A stretch of DNA of 64,000 nt. Origin: a virus (lineage: Duplodnaviria > Heunggongvirae > Uroviricota > Caudoviricetes). Each line of letters opens with the position of its first letter. The stretch's first letter is position 1. The notes beneath the pieces were generated by a model, which made no database searches, had not been told where the DNA came from, and saw nothing but the letters and a program-made list of their open reading frames with translations. The stretch is taken from the IMG/VR virus record IMGVR_UViG_2675903313_000009; one strand, given 5' to 3'. This document shows, piece by piece, positions 48,540-58,341 of the stretch. A program made the translations under genes and the position numbers.

Positions 48540-48620
48540 CAGCGATCGGGGATCTTATTTGATCTATACAAGGATCTATCTATGGATCTCTTTATTAGGA
48601 TCTATCCTGTGGATATGTGA
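48540..48620. promoter_or_regulatory. Putative origin core: six GATC sites in about 60 bp within GGATCTAT-type repeats, then a DnaA-box-like TGTGGATAT
   Basis: GATC at about 48544, 48551, 48561, 48573, 48585, 48599; CTGTGGATATG at about 48605-48615; immediately beside the upstream iterons. Confidence 0.6.
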
Positions 48621-48702
48621 ATAATTAAAACAGGCATTTACTACCTTCGGCGCACCTGGTGGGTTATCGTTGCCTCGGCTAACAATCACAGAAAAATGAC
48701 AT

Positions 48703-49356
48703 ATGGATCTAAAACGCACGCGCTGGGTTCGTCGTCTTGAAGACGGCTCCTACACTATCGAATCAAATTCCAACCTGAATAAGCAGAAGTTGCTTTGTGA
48801 CATCTGCGGTATAGCGGCGAAGTGCCCGATCTACGAAACCAGAATTAAACTTGATAAGGCTGGTGTGAATTTTCATTTAAACAGTTGCATCAGGTACGTT
48901 CCATTGCTCGCATTTCGTAAACCGATCATCGGATTGGATGCCCCCTACTTCAACACACTCCGTTCAGGTGTGACGTGGCGAGATCGTTTATCACCAGACA
49001 AGCTGATTTGCCTTGTATCCGCAGACACAGGGAAAATCATCCGTTTTGGGAAAGTAGACAAGGTTTACTCAGGTCCAGTAGACGAAATGTTGCGAAAACA
49101 CAGCCGGTTTAATCATCTCTGTATGGGGGGTGAGAAAATCGAGAAGGTAGAAGAAGTGATCCGCAAATCCTACGGACACTTCCTAACCAAAGATAGCCTG
49201 CTCACCGCAATCTACATCAGACATGTAAAACGTGAGTTCGACCTCGAATACCACAGTGAAGAAGAGCTTAACCTTGTTGACCCACGTCCAAAAGCTGGCG
49301 TCATAAGCATAAACGCAGCGCGTAACGCGCGTAAAAAGCCCTCCGACACGATTTAA
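48703..49356 (+). CDS. Hypothetical protein (217 aa)
   Basis: Track ORF; Cys pair CDICGIAAKC near the N-terminus; no motif recognised. Confidence 0.5.
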   Translation: MDLKRTRWVRRLEDGSYTIESNSNLNKQKLLCDICGIAAKCPIYETRIKLDKAGVNFHLNSCIRYVPLLAFRKPIIGLDAPYFNTLRSGVTWRDRLSPDKLICLVSADTGKIIRFGKVDKVYSGPVDEMLRKHSRFNHLCMGGEKIEKVEEVIRKSYGHFLTKDSLLTAIYIRHVKREFDLEYHSEEELNLVDPRPKAGVISINAARNARKKPSDTI

Positions 49357-49503
49357 ATGGTTTAGTAGGCCCATCCACAAACAAAAAAAGAGCGCTCGTT
49401 ACATAGGCGCTCATTGGCTTTTAGAACTTTTCCTGTTTAAAATTTACTCATCCAAGTAATGGTAATCCTTTAAGAGACAAACCCTCAAAACTAATACAAC
49501 TAT

Positions 49504-49761
49504 TTAAATAAGTTTTCTATCCACAAATAGTTGTCGAATTTTATTAAATTCATCGGAGGGTAAATCTTTAATTTTTTCTGAACATGCTCCTGCAAATGTG
49601 ATCAATTTGGCTTTTTGCATATGGTCAAATTTATTTTCTACATTTCCACCTCGAGGAGCGTATTTCACTTCATCATCTTTTATTTCTAGAACGACCCGTT
49701 CTTGATTCGTATGGGTCTTGTACAATCCACCAACAACAATATTTCTTTCATCAATAGCCAT
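49504..49761 (-). CDS. Hypothetical protein (85 aa)
   Basis: Track ORF in an AT-rich intergenic island, convergent with the previous gene. Confidence 0.4.
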   Translation of the reverse strand: MAIDERNIVVGGLYKTHTNQERVVLEIKDDEVKYAPRGGNVENKFDHMQKAKLITFAGACSEKIKDLPSDEFNKIRQLFVDRKLI

Positions 49762-50052
49762 TGATAATCAATCCTTTTTCAATTTGGAAAATTCCTCTTA
49801 TACGGTAATTGTTGATAATAAAAATATCAAATGATACATGACCCATGAGATAGTTCATTCATATGTAACGATGAGACTTTTGCCTACCATATACATCTAA
49901 GCACTTCAATGAAACTCTAGCCGCCTTGTAAGCAATCCATTCAACAATTTTGGTAGGTATTCACTTACCTATTTATTTTGTAATACTATGCCTGTTGATG
50001 TTCTTCTGTGCCGTGCTGTGTTGGTTGCTCACCTCTCGAGCAAGCTTAAGAT

Positions 50053-51168
50053 TTGTATCAAATAACCACAAAGGAAAAACACATGACTTTGCCATACGGC
50101 GTCATTTCTGACTGCCACTACCACAAATGGGATGCGTTCTCCACGACGAACGCTGAGGGGCTTAACTCCAGACTTGAAATACAGTTGGAAGCAACGAAAG
50201 AAGCAGCCATCGCCATGAAGAAGGCCGGTTGTAAGTACATGTTGGTTGCCGGTGATACATTTCACGTCCGAGGAACTGTGTCCCCTTCTGTTTTGCATTA
50301 CGTAACTGAAACGTACAAGTGGATTATCAACGAGCTTGATCTGACAGTAGTAATGCTGGCCGGTAATCACGATCTTGAAACCAACGATTCATTATATAGC
50401 GCCAACGCAGCAGCATCGCTGAGTTCTATCGGCGTGGTAATCGTATGTGGCAAGCGCCCACACTCAATAAAAATTGGTGATGTGACTGTCCACCTGATTA
50501 GCTGGCGTAACAATCATGCAGAGCTTATCAGCGATCTGAAAGCATTACGTAAGAGCGTAGAAGGTGATAATCATGATGTTGTTATCCATACATCCATTAA
50601 CAAAGCCATTCCAACAATGCCTGACGTCGGTATCGATGCGCAGGAGTTAAAGGATATCGGCTTTCGTCTCGTGCTTAGTGGGCATTACCACAACCATAAA
50701 GAGGTCATTCCTGGAGTTATCAGTGTCGGTGCGCTGACCCATCAAAATTGGGGAGATGTTGGATCTCTGGCTGGTTACATGATCGTAAACCCGGACGGCA
50801 GTTTCAGTCACTACGAAACCAGTGCGCCTAAATTCATTAACCTGGAAGATTATGTTGCCGATGACCAAATTCGCGGCAACTACGTGCGTTTCCGCGCCGT
50901 AATTGAGAACGATGAAGAAGGCATTAAGTACCAGAACATCCTCAAAACAATGGGTGCAAAAGGTGTCGTGTGCAACTTCATCCGTAAGTCATCAATGATG
51001 GAAGGGACAGCAAGCACAACGGAAACCAGCAAAATCGATAGCCTGGGAGAGTCGGTATCTGCTTATTGCAAGATTGTCCACGATACTGACGGCGGATTTG
51101 ATCTAAGCAAGTTGGATATTTTGTGTCAGGAAATCCTCACCGAAGCGGAGAGTTCGGAGGCTGTGTGA
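50053..51168 (+). CDS. SbcD/Mre11-like nuclease (calcineurin-like phosphoesterase)
   Basis: Motifs GDTFHVRG, AGNHD and GHYH; the likely true start is the ATG 30 nt into the ORF, which follows the conserved AAAGGAAAAACACATG leader. Confidence 0.8.
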   Translation: MYQITTKEKHMTLPYGVISDCHYHKWDAFSTTNAEGLNSRLEIQLEATKEAAIAMKKAGCKYMLVAGDTFHVRGTVSPSVLHYVTETYKWIINELDLTVVMLAGNHDLETNDSLYSANAAASLSSIGVVIVCGKRPHSIKIGDVTVHLISWRNNHAELISDLKALRKSVEGDNHDVVIHTSINKAIPTMPDVGIDAQELKDIGFRLVLSGHYHNHKEVIPGVISVGALTHQNWGDVGSLAGYMIVNPDGSFSHYETSAPKFINLEDYVADDQIRGNYVRFRAVIENDEEGIKYQNILKTMGAKGVVCNFIRKSSMMEGTASTTETSKIDSLGESVSAYCKIVHDTDGGFDLSKLDILCQEILTEAESSEAV

Positions 51169-51209
51169 GGCAAAGTCGTTATGGGAGCTTTCGAGACTTT
51201 GCCATCACG

Positions 51210-51401
51210 ATGAAAAGACTTGAACGAGGCCAGACGGTGATGTTTCACAAGCCCTACCCGCCACAAGGAAATCCCGTAGCGTTTTATCTTGGAAGGTTAA
51301 CCAGAAAAGGCGTATTGAGGCGCAGATCCTTCCCGGCGCATACGGAGTTCAGATTGAAAGAAGGTCAAAAGCTAACACACGGTATCAAAGGTGTTATATG
51401 A
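51210..51401 (+). CDS. Small basic protein (63 aa) between the SbcD-like and SbcC-like genes
   Basis: Internal Met of track ORF 51123-51401; its stop overlaps the SbcC-like start (ATGA); weak RBS. Confidence 0.3.
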   Translation: MKRLERGQTVMFHKPYPPQGNPVAFYLGRLTRKGVLRRRSFPAHTEFRLKEGQKLTHGIKGVI

Positions 51402-53314
51402 AGTTTTTAAAGCTCCAGGTTGAGAATTTTATGGCTATCGCCAGCGCGGAGGTCGAGTTAGATCAGCGTGGTTTAGTGCTCATTCAGGGTGTTAATAGTG
51501 ATGATAGTTCCGCATCAAGTAATGGCTCTGGAAAGTCAACGCTAATGAATAGCCTGATGTGGTGTCTTTATGGCGAAACAGCTCATGGTGTGAAGGGTGA
51601 CGATGTGTTGTCTACCGACCATGAAAAGAACTGTCGTGTTGCAGTAACCATCGAGGATGAAGGCAAGAGATATGCGATCATTCGTCACCGTAAACACAAA
51701 GAGTTCAAAAATCGGCTTATCGTTCGTGGTGAAGACGGCGATATGACGAAAGGCAAAGATGCGCTGACGCAAGAGTTCGTCGAGCGTCTGATCGGTGCAT
51801 CTAAAGAGGTTTTCATGGCTTCCATCTATGCGAGCCAAGAAGCTATGCCAGATTTACCTGGAATGTCCGACAAAAACCTCAAAACCATCGTAGAAGAAGC
51901 CGCTGGCGTTGACAGACTGACACGCGCCTACGCTATTGCTCGTGAGCGAGCTAATGCAGCTGCCGCACGTATGGATGTGGTTAAAACCAAATTGGAGTCG
52001 ACAATCTCGACCATTGAGGCAACACAGTCAGAAATTGAGTCAGCGAAAGCCTCCTCTGAATCATGGGAGCAAGAGCGTTCTAAACGTTATGACGATGCCC
52101 TGGCTGGGCTGGCCAGTGCCGAAGTTGAGTTAACGGAAGTTGAACTTGAGATCCGCACTCTTCCCGAACAGATCCGTGATACCGAGAAGGCAATCGAAAG
52201 TGAGCGCAAAAAGTTAGCCTCAAAAGAAGAACATGACGCCAAGTTGCTCAAAGTTCGTGGTGCGATAACTGATATTCGGGCAAGCATCAAAGCTACAGAA
52301 AATAGTCAGGCTGATGCAATGAACCGCGCGCGTAATTTTAAGACCAAAGCAGAAGAGGTTGGTACTAAAGTGGGATCACCATGCCCTACTTGTGGCAAAG
52401 CCTACTGCGAAGAAGATCTATCAACGGTGAAGGAGAATTTCATTGAACAAGCACGTCAGGAAATTGGTCAGGCGAAGACACTTGCAGAGGCAATGGCTAA
52501 ACACAAAACGAATCTTGAGAAAGCGTTAAGCATTGAGTCTGCCCTTGTTAAAACGACACCTGATGTAACGGCTATCATTGCCCGGATTGAAGAGCTTACG
52601 AAACAACTCTCATCTTTGCGTCATCGTGAGAAGGAGGTTGTTGCTATTGAGTCTCTTGTGACTCGTGCTCGTACTGAGGTCGATCGTATATCAAAAGAGA
52701 TTAATCCGTTTATTGCTCTTATCGCCAGACACGAAGATAACCTGGTATCCAGTAAGTCTACCTTCAAGTCCTTAAAAGATGAGTTGAAGGCTATTCAGGA
52801 ACAAACGTTGCTATTGGAAAAAGCTCGTCAGGTCTACTCTCCTGCCGGGGTGCGTTCTCATATTTTGACGTCTGTTACGCCTTTCCTGAATACACGCACT
52901 GCCGAGTATCTCAATACGTTGTCTGACGGGAATATTACTGCTGAGTGGTCGACGATGGATGTCACTAAAAAAGGTGAGTATCGCGACAAATTCAACATTA
53001 GTGTGCAGAAGAAAGGTTCAAGTAAGTCGTTCCAGACCCTCTCTGGTGGTGAGAAGCGGAAGGTTCGCATTGCGTGTTCTTTGGCATTGCAGGATCTGGT
53101 TAGCAACCGGGCGAGTAAAAACATCGATTTGTTTATCGGCGACGAAATTGACGATGCACTCGATACAGCCGGTCTTGAACGCCTCATGGGTATTCTGGAG
53201 TCCAAAGCTCGCGAGCGAGGTACTGTGCTGATTATCTCCCATAAAGAGATGAAGTCATGGTTCCGGGAAACTATTACGCTGGAAGTTAAAGAGGGGCGCA
53301 GCTATGTCGTTTAA
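51398..53314 (+). CDS. SbcC/Rad50-like SMC-family ATPase
   Basis: Walker A GSGKST, zinc-hook-like CPTCGK within a long coiled coil, signature LSGGEKRKV, Walker B LFIGDEIDDALD. Confidence 0.85.
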   Translation: MKFLKLQVENFMAIASAEVELDQRGLVLIQGVNSDDSSASSNGSGKSTLMNSLMWCLYGETAHGVKGDDVLSTDHEKNCRVAVTIEDEGKRYAIIRHRKHKEFKNRLIVRGEDGDMTKGKDALTQEFVERLIGASKEVFMASIYASQEAMPDLPGMSDKNLKTIVEEAAGVDRLTRAYAIARERANAAAARMDVVKTKLESTISTIEATQSEIESAKASSESWEQERSKRYDDALAGLASAEVELTEVELEIRTLPEQIRDTEKAIESERKKLASKEEHDAKLLKVRGAITDIRASIKATENSQADAMNRARNFKTKAEEVGTKVGSPCPTCGKAYCEEDLSTVKENFIEQARQEIGQAKTLAEAMAKHKTNLEKALSIESALVKTTPDVTAIIARIEELTKQLSSLRHREKEVVAIESLVTRARTEVDRISKEINPFIALIARHEDNLVSSKSTFKSLKDELKAIQEQTLLLEKARQVYSPAGVRSHILTSVTPFLNTRTAEYLNTLSDGNITAEWSTMDVTKKGEYRDKFNISVQKKGSSKSFQTLSGGEKRKVRIACSLALQDLVSNRASKNIDLFIGDEIDDALDTAGLERLMGILESKARERGTVLIISHKEMKSWFRETITLEVKEGRSYVV

Positions 53315-54047
53315 ATTAAGTCGCTCGCAGTTTTTGCAGGTATTTGCAGTGATGCAGTCGATAAAACTGATCAATGGGCATACTTCCAATGGTGCGGCTC
53401 CACGTATTCTGTGGGGCAGCAACAATATTGACGGAGTACAATTCGCCGCGTTGCTTGGTCTAATATCCGAGACGCCATTGATGCAAAGTTTGAAATCACT
53501 ACCACCTGGATGTATTGCGCCGATCCTGATTAATCCTTTTGTTGAGGGGGGATATCTTCCCAACGTCGGGCCTGGGTTTATTGCATCCCATGAAACTGAA
53601 GATCTTAACATTAATAGCGAAGGGTTCTTTGGGGGAATGGGTGCGCATCACTGTATGGCTTTCACGAACCTTATTCGACTTGCCAATAAGCGGGTGGATA
53701 GTTTGGCATCGCCAGGTGATGCTTTTACTGGTTTCCTTATCCAAAGGAGGGATAAAAAGTACAGTGCGGACAAACTACAGTTTGTTGGTAAGTATGGAGA
53801 AATGGTAGAAATCGAACTTCAGCTCCCTCATGTTTTAGCAAACGATAGTGCAGACAGTCGGAGGCTGTTGGGCATCATGCGTCATTTCATAGCAAGTGGT
53901 GTTAAACATGCCGCAGATAAACGTGTCACGCAGGAAAATGAGTATTCAGACTTTGCAAACTATCCCCAACCAACGTTGCAAACGGCAATAGTAGCCAATT
54001 CGTTGGAGGCGAGATTATTGGAAAACCCTATATGGGGAACATGGTAA
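53304..54047 (+). CDS. Hypothetical protein (247 aa)
   Basis: Track ORF overlapping the SbcC-like stop. Confidence 0.5.
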   Translation: MSFKLSRSQFLQVFAVMQSIKLINGHTSNGAAPRILWGSNNIDGVQFAALLGLISETPLMQSLKSLPPGCIAPILINPFVEGGYLPNVGPGFIASHETEDLNINSEGFFGGMGAHHCMAFTNLIRLANKRVDSLASPGDAFTGFLIQRRDKKYSADKLQFVGKYGEMVEIELQLPHVLANDSADSRRLLGIMRHFIASGVKHAADKRVTQENEYSDFANYPQPTLQTAIVANSLEARLLENPIWGTW

Positions 54048-54056
54048 GGAGACTAT

Positions 54057-54626
54057 ATGAGTAAAAAAATCAGCGTAGTTGGTGTTGATCCCTCAATGAG
54101 CAACTTTGGGCTTGCTGTGGGCACTTTAGACCTTGAGACGGACGAACTTGAGATTCACGGCCTTACTCTTGTTGAGACTAAAGCGGGGAGTAACAAAAAG
54201 ACCGTTCGTGTGAACAGTGACGATCTGCGCCGAGCCAGTGAAATATGGCGTGTTGCGAAGCCAATCATTGATAAGGCAAATATGGTTTTTTGTGAGCTAC
54301 CGGTTGGGAGCCAAAACTCTCGTTCGCAGACGTCTTACGGTATTTGTATCGGTGTACTTGCGTGTGTGGATAAGCCATTGATCCAGGTTACTCCAAACGA
54401 AATCAAGCATTTTGTCGGCAATAAACTTACTACATCGAAAGAAGAGATTATCCAGTGGGCTACGAAAAAACACCCTAAAGCACCGTGGCTGCGTCGTAAG
54501 CAATCTGGACAGGATGTTCTCGTGAACAAAAACGAACATTTGGCTGATGCGGTGGCTGCCATCCATACCGGTATGCAAACAGATCAGTTCCGCCAGGTGC
54601 GCGATGTTCTTAAGTCTCTCATTTGA
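54057..54626 (+). CDS. Putative RuvC-like Holliday junction resolvase (RNase H fold)
   Basis: N-terminus KISVVGVDPSMSNFGLAVG resembles the first catalytic strand of RuvC-like resolvases; later acidic residues; not verified. Confidence 0.5.
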   Translation: MSKKISVVGVDPSMSNFGLAVGTLDLETDELEIHGLTLVETKAGSNKKTVRVNSDDLRRASEIWRVAKPIIDKANMVFCELPVGSQNSRSQTSYGICIGVLACVDKPLIQVTPNEIKHFVGNKLTTSKEEIIQWATKKHPKAPWLRRKQSGQDVLVNKNEHLADAVAAIHTGMQTDQFRQVRDVLKSLI

Positions 54627-54660
54627 TTTCATTGATAGGTAAGTGCTTATCTATTAACAT

Positions 54661-54692
54661 GGGCCACTATATTTAGTGGCCCTCTTTATTTG
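54661..54692 (+). terminator. Rho-independent terminator
   Basis: GGGCCACTA-N-TAGTGGCCC hairpin followed by a T-rich tract. Confidence 0.6.
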
Positions 54693-54699
54693 GTGATAC

Positions 54700-57015
54700 A
54701 TGATAAGCATCGTAAAACGTAACGGCCAAACAGAGCCGTTATCCGAAGAAAAATACAACCGCGTCGTAATGTATGGCGTAGAAGGCATTCGTGGTGTAAG
54801 CGCATCCGCTGTAGCAATGGGAGCTGCGGCCAGCATTTTTGATGGGATTACCACCAGCCAGTTGCATGAGGCTTTGGTTAAATCTGCCGCTGATTTGATC
54901 TCACCAGAAGCACCAAATTACTCACAGGTGGCTGCCCGCCTGAACATTTTTAAAATCCGCAAAGATGCCTTCGGTCGTTACGACTATCCGAACTTCTACC
55001 AACACATTGTCAAGAACGTTAACAAGGGCGTTTATGACAAGGATTTGCTGACACATTATTCGTTTGAAGAGATCGAAGAACTCGGCAATTACATTAAGCC
55101 GAAACGTGACGATCTTTTTGGCTATGCAGCTACGGTGCAGTTGCAAAGCAAATACCTCGTTCAAAACCGTGTTACTGGTGAGATTCATGAGGGGCCGCAA
55201 CATATCTATATGCTGGTAGGCATGTGTCTGTTCCAGAATTGGGAAGACGACTGCGCTGGCAAAACACGTATGGAGATGGTCAAAGGTTTCTATGACGTTA
55301 CAAGTACGTTCAAACTGTCTCTGCCCACACCAATCATGGCCGGCGTCCGTACTCCAACCCGTCAGTTCTCCAGTTGTGTGCTGATTGAGTCTGGCGATAG
55401 TCTGAAAGGGATTAGTGCAGCTTCAGCCGCAATTATCGACTACGTTTCACGTCGTGCTGGAATTGGTATTGGTTTTGGCCGTATCCGTGCGCTGGGCAGC
55501 GAGATCCGCAATGGTGAAGCCACCCATACCGGAGTTATTCCATTCCTGAAGCATTTCCAGACGGCTGTTAAATCTTGTTCGCAAGGTGGTGTTCGTGGTG
55601 GCGCAGCAACAGCGTTTTACCCGATCTGGCATCTTGAAGTTGAAAGTCTGCTGGTGGTGAAAAATAACCGTGGTATTGATGAAAACCGCGTTCGCCATCT
55701 TGATTACGGCGTCATGAGTAACCGTCTAATGTACCGTCGACTCGTCAGAAGCGAGAACATCACTCTGTTCAGCCCGCATGATGTGCCTGATATGTACGAA
55801 GCCTTCTTCACAGACCAGGAGCTGTTTGAAAAGCTGTACCATAAATACGAAGCCGATGATTCAATTCGCAAGAAGTCAGTACCTGCCATTGAGCTGTTCT
55901 CATCTCTGATGCAGGAACGAGCGTCCACGGGCCGAATTTATATTGCGAACGTCGATCATATTAATGAGCATGGCGCTTTCATTCCTGCTCTTGCACCTGT
56001 CCGCCAGTCAAACCTGTGTATGGAGATCACCCTACCCACCCGTCCACTGGCATTTACCGACGACCCGAACGGTGAGATCGCGCTATGCACTTTATCCGCT
56101 TTTAACCTCGGAGCCATCCGTTCACTGGAGTCTCTTAAAGAGGTGGCGTTCTATGCCGTTGCTGCACTGGATTCGTTACTGGATTATCAAGACTATCCGA
56201 TGGAGGCAGCCGAAGTGCCTGCCAAAGCTCGTCGTAGCTTGGGAATTGGTGTAACCAACTTTGCTTATTACCTGGCAAAGAATGGCGTTCGTTATTCTGA
56301 TACCGCTGGCAATAAACTGGTGCATGAAACGTTCGAAGCTATCCAGTATTACCTTCTTGATGCCAGCTGCCGACTTGCCGAAGCAAAAGGTGAGTGTGAC
56401 TGGTTTGAGCAGACCAAATACGCAATTGGTCAGTTGCCGATCGACCATTACCGTTCTTCATTAGACGAAAGTGGCGAAACAAACTTTGAGTTAAAGATGC
56501 CGTGGGAAGAACTGCGTGAACGTATTGCAAAATACGGCCTTCGCAACTCCACACTGACGGCACAAATGCCATGCGAGACTTCCAGCCAGATCACTAATTC
56601 CACCAACGGCATCGAACCGCCTCGTGGCCCGGTGTCAGTGAAATCTTCTAAGGACGGCATCGTCAAGATGGTCGTGCCTGAGTTTGAAAAACTGAAGGAA
56701 CAGTATGAATACCTGTGGGATATGCCGGACAACCGCGGCTATCTGACAAAGGTGGCGATCATCCAGAAGTTCTTTGACCAGGCTATTTCGGCCAATACCA
56801 ACTATGACCCTTCTCGCTTTGAAGGCGATAAAGTCCCAATGATGACGCTACTGTCAGATTTGCTTCTCGCCTACAAGATGGGAGTTAAAACGCTTTACTA
56901 CCACAACACCAGAGATGGTGCAGGAAAGCGTGATGACGACGAACCGCAGAATCCACTGGCGCAAGCTGTAGCCGTCGAGCCAGAAGATGAGTGCGACGGA
57001 GCCTGCAAAATCTGA
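54700..57015 (+). CDS. nrdA: Ribonucleoside-diphosphate reductase class Ia, alpha subunit
   Basis: 771 aa; N-terminal ATP-cone, long blocks matching E. coli NrdA from memory (YLVQNRVTGEI, PTPIMAGVRTPTRQFSSCVLIE, SQGGVRGGAAT, SNLCMEI) and C-terminal CDGACKI. Confidence 0.95.
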   Translation: MISIVKRNGQTEPLSEEKYNRVVMYGVEGIRGVSASAVAMGAAASIFDGITTSQLHEALVKSAADLISPEAPNYSQVAARLNIFKIRKDAFGRYDYPNFYQHIVKNVNKGVYDKDLLTHYSFEEIEELGNYIKPKRDDLFGYAATVQLQSKYLVQNRVTGEIHEGPQHIYMLVGMCLFQNWEDDCAGKTRMEMVKGFYDVTSTFKLSLPTPIMAGVRTPTRQFSSCVLIESGDSLKGISAASAAIIDYVSRRAGIGIGFGRIRALGSEIRNGEATHTGVIPFLKHFQTAVKSCSQGGVRGGAATAFYPIWHLEVESLLVVKNNRGIDENRVRHLDYGVMSNRLMYRRLVRSENITLFSPHDVPDMYEAFFTDQELFEKLYHKYEADDSIRKKSVPAIELFSSLMQERASTGRIYIANVDHINEHGAFIPALAPVRQSNLCMEITLPTRPLAFTDDPNGEIALCTLSAFNLGAIRSLESLKEVAFYAVAALDSLLDYQDYPMEAAEVPAKARRSLGIGVTNFAYYLAKNGVRYSDTAGNKLVHETFEAIQYYLLDASCRLAEAKGECDWFEQTKYAIGQLPIDHYRSSLDESGETNFELKMPWEELRERIAKYGLRNSTLTAQMPCETSSQITNSTNGIEPPRGPVSVKSSKDGIVKMVVPEFEKLKEQYEYLWDMPDNRGYLTKVAIIQKFFDQAISANTNYDPSRFEGDKVPMMTLLSDLLLAYKMGVKTLYYHNTRDGAGKRDDDEPQNPLAQAVAVEPEDECDGACKI

Positions 57016-57020
57016 CATAT

Positions 57021-57050
57021 GGTGGGGGATATCCCCACCTTCTCTTTGAT
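57021..57050 (+). terminator. Hairpin/terminator after nrdA
   Basis: GGTGGGGGA-TAT-CCCCACC hairpin followed by a T-rich tract. Confidence 0.5.
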
Positions 57051-57121
57051 TTGTAAGCCTTGTTTAAACACATAAGATAACAACTTGTTTAAACGCACCA
57101 AAAAAGAAAAAGGAAAAACAC

Positions 57122-58264
57122 ATGTCATATTCAACGTTCCGTTTGGGTGCTAATGATGCAACCAAAGAGCCTATGTTCCTCGGACAATCTGTCAACGTGG
57201 CACGTTACGATCAGCAAAAATACCGTGATTTTGAAAAGTTGATTGAACGTCAATTGTCTTTCTTCTGGCGGCCGGAAGAAGTTGATATTTCGAGCGATCG
57301 TATCGACTTCAACACGAAGCTGCGGGACCACGAACGTCACATTTTTCTGAGCAATCTCCGTTATCAAACGTTACTCGATTCAGTTCAGGGACGTAGCCCA
57401 AATGCAACGCTGCTGCCGCTTATCTCTATTCCTGAACTGGAAACGTGGGTTGAAACGTGGTCTTTCTCTGAGACTATCCATAGCCGCAGCTACACCCACA
57501 TTATTCGTGGCATGGTGGACGATCCGAGCATTGTTTTTGACGGTATTGTTACGGATGAAGAAATCATCAACCGAGCGATCAGTATCTCTGCTGAATATGA
57601 CAGGCTTTATGGGATGACCTGCGAGCGCCAGTCGTTAGGTGAGAAGGAATTTGAGCGTCTGTACGTAAATGAATATGGCTGGGAGCCATACCCTTTGCAC
57701 CGTCAGCTTTTCCGCACATTGGTGTCCATTAATGCGCTTGAGGCGATCCGTTTCTATGTAAGTTTTGCATGTACTTTTGCCTTTGGCGAACGGAAGTTGC
57801 TTGAGGGTAACACCAAAATTATGCGCTTTATTGCCCGTGATGAAGCTCTGCATTGCGAAGGAACTGAACGCATGATCCGCTTCATGCGTACCGGTCGCGA
57901 AGGTTTATTGTGGAAAGAGATTGCTGCTGATGAAGAAAACGTCATTTACGACACCATGAAATCAGTCGCCGAACAAGAAATGAACTGGGCAGACTATCTC
58001 TTCAAAGATGGTTCGATGATTGGTTTAAACGCGGATATTCTCAAAACGTATGTAAAATACCGCACCAATCTGGCTATGAATCGTCTTGGCCTGAAGGCTT
58101 TATTTCCAGAAGTTACCACTGATCCGCTGGTCTGGATGAACAAGTGGTTGTTAACCGACACACTGCAAATTGCACCACAAGAGGCAGAGCAAAGCACATA
58201 TCTGGTAGGTCAGATCGATTCTACCGTGGATAAGGCTTCTCTAAGCCAGTTTGCAGACCTGTAA
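57122..58264 (+). CDS. nrdB: Ribonucleoside-diphosphate reductase class Ia, beta subunit
   Basis: 380 aa; long blocks matching E. coli NrdB from memory ([83 protein letters not shown]). Confidence 0.95.
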   Translation: MSYSTFRLGANDATKEPMFLGQSVNVARYDQQKYRDFEKLIERQLSFFWRPEEVDISSDRIDFNTKLRDHERHIFLSNLRYQTLLDSVQGRSPNATLLPLISIPELETWVETWSFSETIHSRSYTHIIRGMVDDPSIVFDGIVTDEEIINRAISISAEYDRLYGMTCERQSLGEKEFERLYVNEYGWEPYPLHRQLFRTLVSINALEAIRFYVSFACTFAFGERKLLEGNTKIMRFIARDEALHCEGTERMIRFMRTGREGLLWKEIAADEENVIYDTMKSVAEQEMNWADYLFKDGSMIGLNADILKTYVKYRTNLAMNRLGLKALFPEVTTDPLVWMNKWLLTDTLQIAPQEAEQSTYLVGQIDSTVDKASLSQFADL

Positions 58265-58341
58265 ACCGATACAAAGCATTATGTGGCCTGGCAACGCTGG
58301 GCCACAATGGATCACAAGAATTAAGAAGGAACAAAACTAGC

